From NCBI RefSeq assembly GCF_009914755.1, contig NC_060940.1: a DNA stretch of 64,000 bases; one strand, written 5' to 3'. The notes below the pieces were generated by a model. It worked only from the letters and a program-made list of their open reading frames with translations. It ran no database searches and was not told where the DNA came from. The stretch's first letter is position 1. Each line of letters begins with the position of its first letter. The position numbers and the translations under genes were made by a program. Shown one piece after another: positions 1-14,200 of this stretch. The stretch comes from the human T2T-CHM13v2.0 reference genome, Homo sapiens.

Positions 1-131
1 CCCTTCTGCCATAATTGTAAGTTTCCTGATGCCTCTCCAGCCATGCTGAACTCTGAGTCAACTAAACTTCTTTCCTTTATAAATTACCCAGTCCCAAGTA
101 TGTGTTTATTAGTATAAGAATGGACTGATAA
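1..131 (+). mobile_element. 3' end of a THE1/MST (ERVL-MaLR) LTR, cut by the window edge
   Basis: cttctgccataattgtaagtttcctga...ccagccatgctgaact..gagtca..aaac.tctttcctttataaattacccagtc matches the THE1/MST LTR 3' end as I recall it. Confidence 0.85.
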
Positions 132-159
132 ACTTAGCAGGCTCAGGGATGTTGAAAGC

Positions 160-345
160 CCTATACTGAGAGCACTATTCTGAAATATTCCGAGGTAGGC
201 AGTATTTTCTACCACTTGATAGATGAGGAAACTGAAGTTCAGAAAGAGACAGTCTCTTGCTTCAAGTCACACAGCTAGAAACTGACAGGACAAGGATTGG
301 ACATCAAGTCTGGCAGACTCTAGGCCATGCACAATTCACCCTGCA
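160..345 (-). mobile_element. MIR SINE (approximate bounds)
   Basis: MIR core in reverse: agatgaggaaactgaagttcaga...caagtcacacagctag. Confidence 0.75.
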
Positions 346-1378
346 CTGATAGACCCTGGGCCACTCTGATCCTCCTGGCTCTTAGGTCTAGGTTTGTGTA
401 TTAAAAACAAACAAACGCAACCAAACAAAACCCAACCAACTCACAGGTAATTCTGATCTGCATCCAGAACAACATCTCTGTAGATCATCAGTTTCTTTTT
501 TTTAAAGAAATGTACATATCCATATATCTGTAAGGACCAATTAATTGCCAACACTCTGCCATTAGAGATACAAAGACAATCCCCATGCATCAATATAGGA
601 CACAGTTTCATCTTTGTGGCACTTTTAGACCAATGTGGGACAGATTAATCTTAGGGTCTTACAAAAGGCTGTAAGAGCTGAGGGAATGGTCGGAGGGGCC
701 TAGGCTGGGATTCACAGCAGGGAGTGGGGACTGTACTGCAAGACCCCCAGTCCTCCCTGTTGATGGCCCAGTGGATCCGTGCTGAGCTGACGGAGTGATG
801 GTGCTTCTGGGAAGGAAGGGCCCATGGGAGCATCTTGCCCACCTTTCAGTGCTAACCAAACCAACCATCTCTGGAGGGTTGATCCTGGACATGCATTCCT
901 TTCACTCTGCACCCTCGTGGCCATTTGGCCCTCCTGACCACGCCACAAGTGTGGATCTTGGGGGAAGAAGCCAAGGTTCAAGAGCAAAGTGTAATGTCCC
1001 CCATCCCCCAGCCTGAGTTAGTGGATGAACCCTGAACTGGAGTCTACTTGGCCTGAATCCTTCATCTTGGTGAGATGTGCAGGGCCCTAAGGAACCTCCA
1101 GTTCCCGACTCCTTCCACACTTCATGGAAATGGGACTCTCACCCGGAGGGAAAAGGCCTTTGGAACCCTGTGGTTTGATTTCCAAATCCTCTTTGGCTGC
1201 TGAAGCTTTTGAGGCTCTGATGGATGTAGGGACCCTCTTTCCAGAAAAATGGACTTGGATAGAATCTTGAATACCTCTTAGGGCATTTTATAGAGTCCTG
1301 GAAGGTAATCTTTTGGCTGTCTGGGATGAAGTAAATGCATATAAAGAAAGACTACCTACAATTGAGATGCAAACATTA

Positions 1379-1679
<301 letters not shown>

Positions 1680-3169
1680 TTAGCTAGAGGGGTCACTCAT
1701 TCAATCTGAGTTTTGATTACTACCTTAGTTTGATTATACACATACACAGATACATCCACATACTGTCAAATCAACTGAGAAACGGATCCATAGAAGCCAC
1801 AGGCAAGGGATTTTTTTGTTTTATCTTTTTGCTTTTTCTTTTTTAAAAAAAGTAAGTAAAAAAAATGACCAATGATATTAGCAAACTAGTTTTGTCTGTT
1901 TGTATATTTTTCCTGTCCTGATCTGGGTCAAATTTAATGAGAATTAAATAAAGTGAGGGCTTCAGAAGGTGAAGCATGGCCTCTCCCCACTGGGCTTGGC
2001 ACAAGGCCTTGCTGGGTATCTCCTCCCTGCCTACCATCGCCTCCATGAGCAGCTCAGTGATCTGCATTTCCAATAAGTAAATCCCATCTACAGGGCAACA
2101 GGCTTTCCTATGTCTAGGGAGATGTGTGCAATATACCTTCTAGTCCTCAGAAATGGAATCTTCCACCTGCCAGCTAATGTCTCTTTGAGTTCCCTATTTA
2201 TTTTTATAAGGCTCTAAAGGTGAATTTTCTCCTGCGTCGCAGAGCTGAAAGTTAAGCTTAATGTACAAATCTTTATTTTCCAAAGAGGCAGGTTGGCCTT
2301 CTTGTATCGACAGACTCCAGAGCTTAGATTTATTACAGAATGATAATCAGGCAAAAGAATAAATACGCTGCATCTTTAATTCATTAATCACCTCGGAAAG
2401 CAAAATGAACTACAGTAAAGAGGACAATATGTTTTCAAATGTTGGGGGTGGGGGAAGAGGGAGTCTGTTTCTCAATAAAATCCAGTCGCTAAAATCCATT
2501 TTGCATGCAGATTAGAGAAAGGGCATTTTACCTCTGCGGCTGTAGTTCAGATAGGAGCTGGAAGCTCTGCAAAGGAAGTCTGGCAGGGATGGGTGTCTGT
2601 GGATGGTCCCTAATGGTCCCTGGTGTCTTCCACTGGGTTCCTGTTGTAACTCACAAGATGACCCACAGGCTTATTAAGAGCCCAGGTGTTGGAATCAGAC
2701 AGACCTGGGTTCAAATTCCTGTTCTATCTGGAAAATGGGAAGACCTGTAGGGAGCCTTCCTAATTCATTTATTGCCTTGAGACATGTCTACCTCATGGTA
2801 GGTGAGTCTGAAGGTCTTTTATCTTCTCAACATTTCACTTCACCAAATTCTCATTAAAACAGGCATACACTGAGGCTAGAAACATGAGGTAAAAATTAAA
2901 CATCAGGTTTTTTAGTGGCCACATGCACTTGAGCACTGTTGGAGATATCATCCGGTTTCTGAGTCTTGGATCTGGCCTGCAATACTAAATAGTTGCTGTT
3001 ATTTTTGCTGCTGTTCCTGAGTCCTTGCCACCTGAAAACTAGAAATTTGCTGCCTTTCCACCTTTTAGTGGACCTACAAATTGAGAAGTAGTAAGTGAGC
3101 ATCTTGAACCCTTCAAGACAACCTTCAGAATCAAGGCCTGTGTAAACATCTAACAGAAATGGCAATAAT

Positions 3170-3320
3170 AGATCATGTTTACTGAGCACTTCTAGGGGCT
3201 TTACGTAGATTATCTCCTTTAATCCTTACAAGCATTCTTCAGAACACTGAGTCTGTTACTGTGCCCATTTTACAGATGAGAAGAACAGATCCAAAGAGGT
3301 TAAGCCCCCTCATGCAAGTT
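3170..3320 (-). mobile_element. MIR SINE (approximate bounds)
   Basis: tttactgagcact...tttaatccttacaa...cccattttacagatgag. Confidence 0.7.
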
Positions 3321-3487
3321 TATGTCACTAAATTAGTCAGCTAGAAGGTTAAGCATGTCTACCATGTACTGAGCACTTCCTGCCTAAGTCCCTGCAGGAT
3401 CTCATTCATTCGTAGCAACAATCTAGAAAGACAGGTCTCACTATTCCCACTTCACCTAGGAAGCCAAACAGCCTCAGAGAGTTTAAA

Positions 3488-3706
3488 CCAGAGTTTCTCA
3501 GTCCCAGCATAATTGACATCGAGGGTCGGATAACGCTTTGTGGGAGGGTCTTCCCTGTGCATTGTAGAATGTTTAGCATTATCCCTCGTCTCAACCTCAC
3601 TGGAGGCCAGTGGCCCCCCTGCCTTGAGTCTTGGCAACCAAAAATGCCTTCAGACATTGCCAAATGTCCCTGGAGGAGCAGCATCCTCCAGTTGAGACCC
3701 ATTGCT
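3488..3706. mobile_element. MER20 hAT-Charlie DNA transposon relic
   Basis: tttctcag...attgacat...aatgtttagca...caaccaaaaatg..tcagacattgccaaatgtccc...gttgagacccattg. Confidence 0.85.
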
Positions 3707-3814
3707 TTAAACAGGTGAGTTTCTCTGGATGGCAGCTGCAGAGCTGGGGATGGGATGTGGTCTTTAACTCCTCTATCAGATTGTTTTCCAAATCCTGCTT
3801 TAGTTACTGAAGGC

Positions 3815-4160
3815 AGAGGTTCTCAAGTGCTCAAATGTGGTCCCTGTTCCAATATCACCTGGAAACAGGTTTGAAACGTAATTCTCAGGCTCTACACTCA
3901 GACTGCCTGAATCGGAAACTCGGGGTGAGGCCATGCAATGTGTGATTCTGATGCTCACTGAAGTTTAGAACTCGTGCCTTAGAACAGTGCTTCTTAGCCT
4001 TAGCTACACAGTACAGTCACCCAGGGAGCTTTGAAAAAATTATTGATGCCTGGGTACCACCCCAGGATTATTTAATTGATCTGGGCTGGGGAATAGGCAT
4101 TTGTATTTGAAAAGCTTTTCAGATGATTTTCACAGGTGACCAATGTTAGGAACCACCAAC
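3815..4160. mobile_element. MER5-family DNA transposon relics (two adjacent fragments)
   Basis: ggttctcaa...atcacctggaaa...tgaatcggaaact...gtgattctgatgc; second copy cagtgcttctta...cccagggagctt...ggaaccac. Confidence 0.7.
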
Positions 4161-5871
4161 CTAGAGGGAGCTGTCCCCGGCTCTTAGGGAGGCAGGGGTC
4201 AAAGTAAAACAAGTTAAATACAAACAATTGACGTTGGCTTCATGATCCATCAGCTGGAATCCGGGAGGGATGCAGCAAAGACCAGGTGGTGGGATCCTTT
4301 GCTGTCAGCTTCAAACCACAGCCCCCAAAGCCCCACTCCTGTCTTTGTTCTTTTTTTTTTTTTTTTTTTGGATCTTTCTTCCATTGATTTATCTAAATTT
4401 CTTCAGCTGTTTGGAAGCTATTTATTTAGACTCTACACCAGCTCAAAAGGTTAAGAAAGCCATTAAATTGACAGGTTGATGCTTTTCATGCTGTTGGACA
4501 TATTTGCAAGGTAAAGGAATTATTGCTTTGGATGGAAATAAGATTTACCTTTCTTTCTAACACTACCTAAGCATCCTTCTGGGCTCTGCCTAATCTAACC
4601 CCTCCCTCCAGCCCTGGCCTTCCAAAATGTCCTGTTATCCCCCCATCCCTCCTCAGCTCTTTGCTGGCCTATCTTCTCCCCAGTCTTTCAGATTCCAAAG
4701 CCAAATTTCCTTATTAACCCAGCCATGTTCCCTCCTATCCTATTCCCTATAGCCCTGGAGCATCCTATCACTTCTTCCTGGGTATCCATAACCTCTCCAT
4801 TTTCCAAGATCTTTCTTTGACATCTCCAGCCCACAGCCATCTCTAACTTCTCTGCTTAGTTTGTGCTTACCACCAGACTAGCAATAGTAGATATACATTT
4901 GATACTCCTGTGTTGAAATCGTTCATCTGGGAAGCTCACGCAATGGTGTGTCGCTAGGTGTTTAACAACTGGCTCTCTGGGTGGGTCAGGATAAGGAAAC
5001 GGGCTCTGATTTTACAGCATTTGTATTCCCTTCTGCAAATATTCCCACGATGGCCAATTTCATGCTACCAGTGTAAAGTCCCCAGATGTGGAATTGAGAA
5101 GATACAATACAACTGGTCCTTCTGAGCCCATGCCTATGGGCATACTACTGACAGTCAATCCAGCAAACATTTACTGGGAATATGTTCTGTGCGAGTTTCT
5201 GTGCTAAATGCTGAGCGTAAGGAGGAAAAGAGCAGCCAGCTGGTATTGGCACTTAACAGATGCCGCCTGGGTTCCTTCATTTAACCTGTATAAGAATTCC
5301 ATCAGATCTGTTCTAGCATTCTCATCTGAAAGGTGAGGAAACCAAGCGTCTATAGAGGGAAACTGACTTTCCCAAAGTCACAAAGCTAGAAAGGTCTGGC
5401 ACTGATGACTGTGTAGTTTGCTCCACCCTGAGGAATCCCCACATTTCCAGTTAAAAAAAAAAAAAAAGTGATCCTTTGCTACATCCAAGACTGTCTGAGC
5501 TGACATTTCCTTAGAGAGAAGTACATCTCATAGATATTCAAATTTGGCTGCATAGAACTTAGTGTCCCAGGGGGATGAGCGGGAGGGAGGAAGGTCTAAG
5601 AACTTGGAGAATCAGCTCCACCCTCAGTGGCTTCCAACTTCTCTTTTACATAGTGATCCCAGATACACTTTCATTTTCCAAAACGGCTCCTCTGCAGAAA
5701 CAAAACAAAATAAAACCAGTATGAAAACGTCTGATTCATGCCAAATCCCTAAATTTATGGAGGTGGTAACTGAAGCCCAGGGAGCTTCTAGTGGTCATTT
5801 CCACCACTCCATAATTCTTTCTAGCCTGGTGCAGTATTAGCATACTACAAGAAAAAAACATCTCAGCGGAA

Positions 5872-5902
<31 letters not shown>

Positions 5903-7289
5903 GCACCAAAGCCCAGTACTTCCCCATAAAACGGGAAACTGTTAAGGCAAAATTTTAAGCATGCCAAGAACTGCATCCTGTAGGCCAAACGTAGTGGGTT
6001 CAAATCTCTCTATCCTCTGCTCTCCTAGGTTCAGGCAGGATAGATCTACAGGTCTACAAGGTTTCCAGCCTTGGCATCACCAGCTTCTCTTAACCCAGTC
6101 AAATCTAGATTCACGAAGGAGCTCCAACTGGACCCATGCTGGAAATGCTTTTCAGCCACGTTGAACAAAACATGTTTTACATCATTTCTTTGCAGGAAGT
6201 TTTGTCCCTGCTTCCAGGACTTCCCCCAAGTGCAACAAGGTCAAAGAATTAGAACTGCAAAATCTCCCCCTTTCTTTGCCAGCCCCTGCCCCTGCCTGAC
6301 TCACTCTTCATTTTCCTTCTCCTAAGAAAAGACTATGACTGCATTGGTGTATTTTAAGATATAACTCACAAATTAAAAACTGAAAGAAGAAACACATTTT
6401 TCTGTCAATGGCTTAAGGGGATTCCACCTCTAAGCTGCTGCTAAAGCTTTTTCAGTCTTTTTTACATTTGTAGCATTTTGGAGCAATTTGCTGGAGTCAA
6501 AGAAAACAGTGAAATTTCCACAACCAACTTCAAAGCCCCCAAATCCTGTATCGGTGGAGGGGAGTCTGGTAGCAACACCACAGGGGCCGTTTTTCAAAGA
6601 GGTGTGTGGAGGGACGTGCCAGGCATTTTTGCCCTGCATCTGCGATTGATGTTAATGGCAGGCACGTGACCAAATCCCCATGTAGTTCTTTGAAAAATGC
6701 CCCTCCCTTTCTTCCCCCAACACTTTTGGCTGTGACAATGCAGATGATACAGAAAAATCCTAGAACAGAGGAACCGCTGCCACAGCTCAATGAACAATAC
6801 CGGCCTTAATTCAATTAACGCACATACGTCTCTTTTATCTGGTGGAGAGCTCAGAGCAAATTCAGGTTGATCAGGAGGAGGGGCTACCTGGACGGTTTCA
6901 CATTTGAAAATGTTTTGCATTTGAAAAATGAATTCTAGGCAGAAGTGGCTTCAGAGGAGGGAAATATGCCAAATGCCAGGCACTGACCACTTTAGTTCAT
7001 TCCTCTCTTGAGTTTCAGCCTCCTGTTTTCACGCCTTATTTGGCCTGACCTTCGAATTTCTTCTTGATCTGCGCCCTGTCTACCCATCTTGGCTTGTGTC
7101 CGAGGCAATCCTTCCTCCCCAACTCACACACATAAACACACTGTTTATTCCAGCTATATCCAAAGTGCTGTATTGAATTAAAATTCCCAAACATGAAATG
7201 TGTATAAAAAGGTGTTATGTCTGTGAATAGTCTGTGCTATAAGATGCCATAAATATTAGCTGCTTAAGAGGTTACCCAATTTAAATGCT

Positions 7290-7745
7290 CACAATGGTGT
7301 ATGGAGACTGCCAATCATTCTATGTTCTAGCCAAAAGAAAATATCATTATTTTGTGGTTGTGAGGAAGGTTGAACATTGTTTCATAATGTTATTGGCCAT
7401 TCATGTGTATTTTTTTTCCCCAAAAACTGTCCATTCTTCTCTGGACATTTTCCTATTAGGTCATTTATCTTCTTATGGATTTCCAGGAGCTATTTATATT
7501 AAGGAAATTAGGTTTTTGACTATCTTGTGGTTGCAACTTTCCCCACTTAGTGTTTTCATATTTTTGTTGTGTTTTTGTTTTGTTGTGCTTTTGCTCTGCC
7601 TAAGTTTTAAATGCTTATGTCATCAAACTTACCAAGCCTTTGCTTTACAGCATTTGGGTTTTACATCAGGCTAAGGAAAATCTTCCATATCCCAGATTAA
7701 AAATCTAGGTTGCTTTTGATACTTTTGAAGCTTTTGTTTTTATGC
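7290..7745 (-). mobile_element. Old L1 (L1M/L1ME) 3' fragment (approximate bounds)
   Basis: T-rich degenerate L1 signature ggttgaacatt...tgttattggccattcatgt... Confidence 0.6.
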
Positions 7746-9321
7746 ATGGTGTTTACAAAATGGTTACACCCCTCCTGTTCACCTCATAAACCCATGTTTG
7801 AAAAATTCCCCGCCCTTTCTTCCCCCATATCTTCTGGAAAGCATTGATCAAACAGGACCAGCATTTATGTTTTTAACTGTCTTAATCAATAATAAATCTT
7901 GAAAGCAAGAATGCGTTTTATTTGTTTCTATATCCTCAGCACCATGTTCATTTTCTACTGTATAGGTAATACACAATAGATATTTGTTCAATGAAATCTT
8001 AAAATAATTAAAGCTTAATAACTTTGACAACAAACCAGTCAGAGAAAAAAAGACGAACTTTCTAATATATGTCCAAAGAAGAACATTAAGTAATAGCACT
8101 GGTGCAGACTACATTTAACAGGCTGTCCAGGAAAGGAAACTTAGTCTGCAAAAGTGACAAGGAAATGTCAGGCTAGGGGTCTTTTGAAAACCTAGAACAA
8201 AGTTAAGAGAATAACTTCTAATTTTGACAGATTGCAAAGATGTCATCTTGGTCATTTCACAAACTTTTACCAGGCTCTTATCTCCCGTTCGTTTGCCTGT
8301 TTGTGTACCTAATTGCTTATTCAGGTATACCCTGCCGCATTCTGGAAAGGATCTGAGACAGCTACTATGTGCTGCTCACCGATACAGGGCTGTGTTGGAC
8401 ACAAAAATAAATGAGGCGTGAACTTCACGCTCACAGAGTTTAGCGTCCAAGAGGAGATGAGAAATTTAAAACGTAATTGTCTTACAAGGCAGAGTGAAGA
8501 GTGCCTTTGGAGCAGGCCCACTTTTGTGTGGTTTAATACTATGCTTTAGAGGAGAATCAATGAGTCTGACAGTGTGCGATCAAGTATCTTGGTTAATTCC
8601 AGCCAGCACCATTTTCCCTCAGTCCTGTTTCTACTTTAGCCCCAATCACACAGTAAATAAGTGTCTGATGATGACAAATAAATAAATATTTTATTGGTAT
8701 CTGCAGAAGTCTGTGCAAATAATTTGGGAATACCTCCATTCTTGTGACTTGATAACTAAATACATTATTCTCTTTTCTGTGCAGAATGTTTTTAAAAACA
8801 CCATCAACACCATTAAAATGAGCCATTCTAACACCTCAAAATCGTCTATGCACCTCTCTTAGTTCAAGTGCTGGCTCTGGGATGAACTGATCACTTCACT
8901 GATTTCGTGAGACCCATGGAAGACCTCTGACCATAGCTCCATTGACCCATTTTCCAAAAGAGAAGAGTGAGACTCAGCAGGGCAATCGGGGGAATGTGAC
9001 CTACCCAGGTCACATGGCTGCTTTAGTGGCTAAGTCTGGCTTCAAACTGAGGCTTCTAGACAGCAACTTCAACTCACTTTCCCTGGGCACCTTACCTGAC
9101 TGCCTTGGGCTTGCTTATAAAGAATAGCATTGATGTTAATGAAGAACTAGGAAGGGCAGATGAAGCAGGGGAAATGCAAAGCAACTGTTCATCCCTTTCC
9201 ATTTTAAACTGGACCTCAGACATGCTGAGTTGTAAAACTCAGAGTAAAATATGGGAAATTCACCAGCAGCTTCTTCCCTTTCTGGGTTTCAGTAGATAAC
9301 TGTGTCCCTGGGGTTCTTCTA

Positions 9322-9465
9322 CTAGGAGTTCTCAATCCTAATTGTACATCAGAATCACTGGGAATTTTTTTTTTTTTTTTTAATACTGATGTCTGAGCCC
9401 CAACGGCCACTAAAGGTTCTTGATTCATGTGGTCTGAGGCACGGCATCAATGTTTTTAAAGTCCC
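9322..9465. mobile_element. MER5-family relic containing a poly-T run
   Basis: gttctcaatcct...acatcagaatcactgggga...aatactgatgtctgagcccc. Confidence 0.65.
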
Positions 9466-9559
9466 ACAAACCAGTCTTTAGATTCAGAGACCCGTTTATG
9501 CCCCAATCCTACTCACTCCTCTCTTCTAAAGGGGTGCACATGAATCTCAGTACAAGTTT

Positions 9560-10190
9560 CCCTCTCCCCTATTGTGAAGTGGTCATTGCCCAAGCCTTAC
9601 CCAATGCCATGACCCCATTATCAGAAAAGCAGGCAGCTGACCATGAAGGCCCACCCTTGGCTACTGCTGATTGAACAAGAGATATACACCTGACTAAGAG
9701 GAGACAGTCAGCTATCTTTTCTGACAATTCCTATAACCCCATTTTCAGAAAATCTAATGAAGCAGGCAAGGGGCCATGAGGACTCACTCTTAGCTACTGC
9801 TGACTGGACAAGAGATGAACACCTGACCAAGAGGAGCCAATCAGCTATCTTTTCTGAGAATTGGAGCTTAGAGACTCTAGCCAACCTCTGCTGAGGGTTT
9901 CAAAGGAACTGGCATGTTTAGGGTGGGACCCAGGGGTGATGGTGGGAATAATTTGTACTGCACAGTAGAGAAGGCCTGCCTGCTTTCTGGAGGTAGAACA
10001 AAGCAGATGTGCAAAAAGAGAAAAGGGAGGAACGTGGGACAAAGAGAATGTACCTTCATCCCCAATTTTTCCCGCTAGCCAGCTTCTATTTTATATCCTT
10101 AATAGATACCTTCATACCTATAACAAAGGAACAGAAACCTGAAAGCATAGTTTTTATATCCAAAGAATCCCTGGCCAAGACCCTAGGAAA
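9560..10190 (+). mobile_element. Old MLT1-type MaLR LTR with an internal ~125-bp tandem duplication
   Basis: MLT1-like motif ctgattg..cacctgaccaagaggagccaatcag present twice (9612-9729 and 9736-9862); LTR-end-like tail near 10170-10190. Confidence 0.55.
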
Positions 10191-10573
10191 TTAACACATT
10201 CTTATACTACCTCTGCTTTCCTTGGAAGGCTCATTCCATCACAAATGTCTGGGTCAATTTAATCAGTGATCCTGGATTTTCTACAAGAACAGAGAGTCCT
10301 AAACCGGGGTCCTGAAATCCCACAGGGAGCCTATGAACACAGTAAAGGTACTCATGAGCCACTCCCACTATTAATGGGAATAATGACCTTTACCCCACTG
10401 TAAAAACCTATAGGGTTACCCTCATAAGGTTTTCTTATCTTCTGAGTATACATCAATGGAATTGTATCACTGCTCTTGCTTTTCTGATTAATAAAATGAA
10501 TACAAAGAATGACAAATGAATTTTTCAGATAATGGTTTCATGGGGAGAGATTAATAAAAGAGTCCTGTGGTAC

Positions 10574-10604
<31 letters not shown>

Positions 10605-11089
10605 ACCAGTACTTTAGGCAACCATTTTTCAAAAGTGCCCCATACAATGTGAATTCCATCAGGCGATTGATTAAAAAACTGGTTCCATGTTCTTGGAAGT
10701 TTGAAAGATACCGTATACCACCTGAGCTGGTCCTTCCCCACGGAGGGTCGTCATGCATGTTAGTATACAAAGCCTCTGAGGCGGATGATAGCAAGATTAA
10801 ATGTTTAACTTTCTCTGACCCTTAATTTTCCTAAATTGTTTGACCACAAAACTCCCTAAGCACAACTTTATTTATTTTTCAGGAGGAGTGCTATTTTTTT
10901 TTTTCAGAGGAGGGCAGCTATAAACTAACGTTGTATGTTTTTCTTAGTTTTCCAATCTTGAAAAACTTAAAGTGTAGGAGGGAAACGTCCAATATCATAA
11001 CGGCAAAGTGATTCTAAAACAAACCAAGGCTTGCAAGGTGTCAAGGTCAAATTTTTATTCCATATAATATTGTCCAAGGCCAAGCATGG

Positions 11090-11222
11090 CAGAGTGTTTA
11101 CCCTGTGCCAGGTGCTTTACATACATTATCATATTTAATCCAGGTGCTTTACATACATTACCATATTTAGTCCTCTACACATGCCTTTGAGGGGCTATTC
11201 CTATCTTACAGATGCAGAAACT
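11090..11222 (-). mobile_element. MIR fragment with a 32-bp tandem duplication
   Basis: tgtgccaggtgctttacatacattatcatatttaatcc repeated; ttacagatgcagaaac core. Confidence 0.7.
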
Positions 11223-14200
11223 TTGTATCCTTTTTAGTGTTACTACAGATTTTGCTGATAACTTTTTATTAAATGGGACTTTTATTAGAGTGATTTAATG
11301 CTGATTTATCTTCACTATCCAGTAATTTCCTGAGTGCCAGCAGTGCACCTGATACTTTACACATTACAGGGTATTAACGAAATGTGCCATCTATTGTTTT
11401 TTAAATGGTCATAAAAGGACACTCTCTTTTTCAGTAGAAAAAAAGCCACTCATTACCTACCAATATCAAACCACAGAATCATTTGTTTTCAGAGCCGGAG
11501 GGGTCTTGGATCAAGACCACTGGCAGCCACAGCTCCAGCCTTGATACTAATCACATTATATGCATTTTCTTCTGGGCCTCAGTCAACCCTACTGAGAAAA
11601 AGATGACAAAGACGGAGAGGAGGGCACCTGGGCTCCTACTACATGTGCTGAGGTGAAAAACGGGCTGCTTAACTAAGGAGGAATGAGGGAATCAACTGGT
11701 CGAGATAGTGTCTATCTAGAAATATCTGCATGACTGTGGTGAAGGGTCAATTGATACCTTAATTGCTTTGTGCCTGAGTCTCCTAATCTGTGTGAAGGAG
11801 ATTAGAATATCTGCCTCTCTATTCATTGTTACAGGTCAAAGATGGCATAGATCTGGTGTCCAGGAGACACTCGGTGCATGGTAGCTGTTGTCATCATAGC
11901 CCATGGAGGTTTTGGGTGACCTCCAAAGGGCAGGGCTTCGGGAACATCACTGTCTTCTGCTCCACGGAAGTTGTCTCTAACTCCTGACATGCTGGAATAG
12001 CCCTCAAGTGATCAGAAGAAATGCTAAATGTTAACTTTTCTGTACATATTTTTAAAATCTGACTTTCATAATAGTCTCCACTGTTGTAGAGTTAGAGAAA
12101 AATGAAAGTCTATCTATAGTAAAATTTTGTGATTAAATATTATGGTGCAATGCCCCAAAAATGAAATGTTCTGAATCTTGACTGTGGATCTCCATGTATA
12201 TTTTAAAACTTCCATCGACCCCTTTTTCTACATTTTCCTCTTCATTTTGGTGACCTTTGCAGAAACTGAGCTCTGGGTAACCTCTGACTCAGTCTGTTCA
12301 ATACCCTTGACATTGGTTACATATGCTGGCATTCTGGTTTCAAATTTATGTCTTTGGTACCTTTGTAAAAGTATTTCCCAATTTCTGAACTAATGAGCCC
12401 ATAATAAATAGCAAATAACAAGCAGAATAGCTGTTTTAAAAATATATATTTCAATTAATGAGATAATCTGGCATTAATTTAAAATGATCACTTTTTTAAA
12501 CCAGCATTTATAAATTTAACTCCTTGGCTAAACATGTTATTGTATACCTATAATATGCTATGTGCACTGTATTTGTAATTTACAGAATACATTGATTTTT
12601 ATTTTATTTTATTGGTATGCTTTGGGGTGAGTTTTTTTAAGATTTATACCAGGGACCCATTTTGCCCCAGAGAGTCACACCATGCTTTCTTCAGTATTAA
12701 TGAATCCAAAGGCTAAATGCCCAGGACTCAGGTGCATGCCGATATTTATATTGATACTCATGATCAATTTCTTCTCTACTTTCACACGATGTATCATTTT
12801 TCAAATGTAAAGATTTTATTATGTAGTGCTTTGTTTCTAGATAGAATTCTATAGCTCTATTCATTTCTCATATTAACAGGATAATATTTAAATTTGAAAA
12901 AAACAGACATGGAAATATAAAATGAGAAAACTACAAGACTCCCCCAATAAATAACACTTATCTCCCATTTGACAAATATTAGAGAAGCTTTGACACACAA
13001 AGCCTTTTAAAAAGCCATCCGTCCAAGTTGAAACCCAATGGTCCTGAGAAATAGATAAATAAATTTCACTTGCTATTAATCGCAAATTACTTTTTCCTTT
13101 AAAAAAATTAATTAAACACACTACATGAAATAAATATTTCAGGCGACCAGCAGCAAAATGGGAAAATACCATGTGTTTGGAGCTTTAGGGCCCTCTGAGT
13201 ACAGAAATTTATTTGCAGCAAGCAGAAAATAGACAGCAAGCATAAAAATACAGCAGAGTCCCCCTAGTAAAATTATTTATCAAGCTAACAAGGGAGGGAC
13301 CCTTCCAGTAACAACAAGCCAGCCAGGAAAAGACATGGCTTTATATTTTACCTTTGGGTTAGCAAACCAGTAAAAATGCCAACTGACAAGCACTTCACAT
13401 AAACATTTCTTTCTAAATGAGCTTCCTTGTTAGGGGGAAAGAAAAAAAAAGTCTTCCAAGCTAAGGAGCCCTATAGCTTACAGACAGAGAATTCTAGTGC
13501 GCATACTCTGACTCTTTGATGCAAAAATAATACTCCTTCATGAAAAAGTAAGGGAATGTGAATTATGAATGGAGTTTAAATAACAAATTAGAAGTTCATT
13601 AAAGAAAATGTGCTTATATCCCATCAATGTATCCTTGTACTTGGATGTTAGAAAAAGTCACAGTTTCAGAAGATGCTTTTTCAAGACCAGCTTTAACAAT
13701 CTGTGAAACAAAACACATATATATTTATATACACAGATATATATGTGCTGACATTGCCTCTACCATACAAGCCTCATTACTATATTTTTTCAAATATTTA
13801 TTTTATGAGCAAAACCCCAAAGTCGGTTTTTACAGTTTAGTTTACCGATACCAAACTTTGATTATAAATTACAAGTCACTTTATTGCAGCTTGCAATACC
13901 AAAAGAAAAAGGAAAAAGGGAAAGAAAAGAAAAGAAACAATAAAAGGAACCCTTGAGTCACAGTGGCCTGATCCCAATTAAATTTCAAAGAAATAGTAAA
14001 AAGATGCATTCTCCGAATAACTGCCTCACTGCCTTCTCAATAGCTCTACAAATAACTCCTGACAAATTCACAATGAAATCACACACTAGGATCTCATCTT
14101 TCCTAAAGTGAAAATGTCATTGTTTAACCATGGCAAACATGGGAAGGTGCCTTTATTATTATTAGTGTGGAAGGAAATGATGCTGAAGAGGATGGGAATA

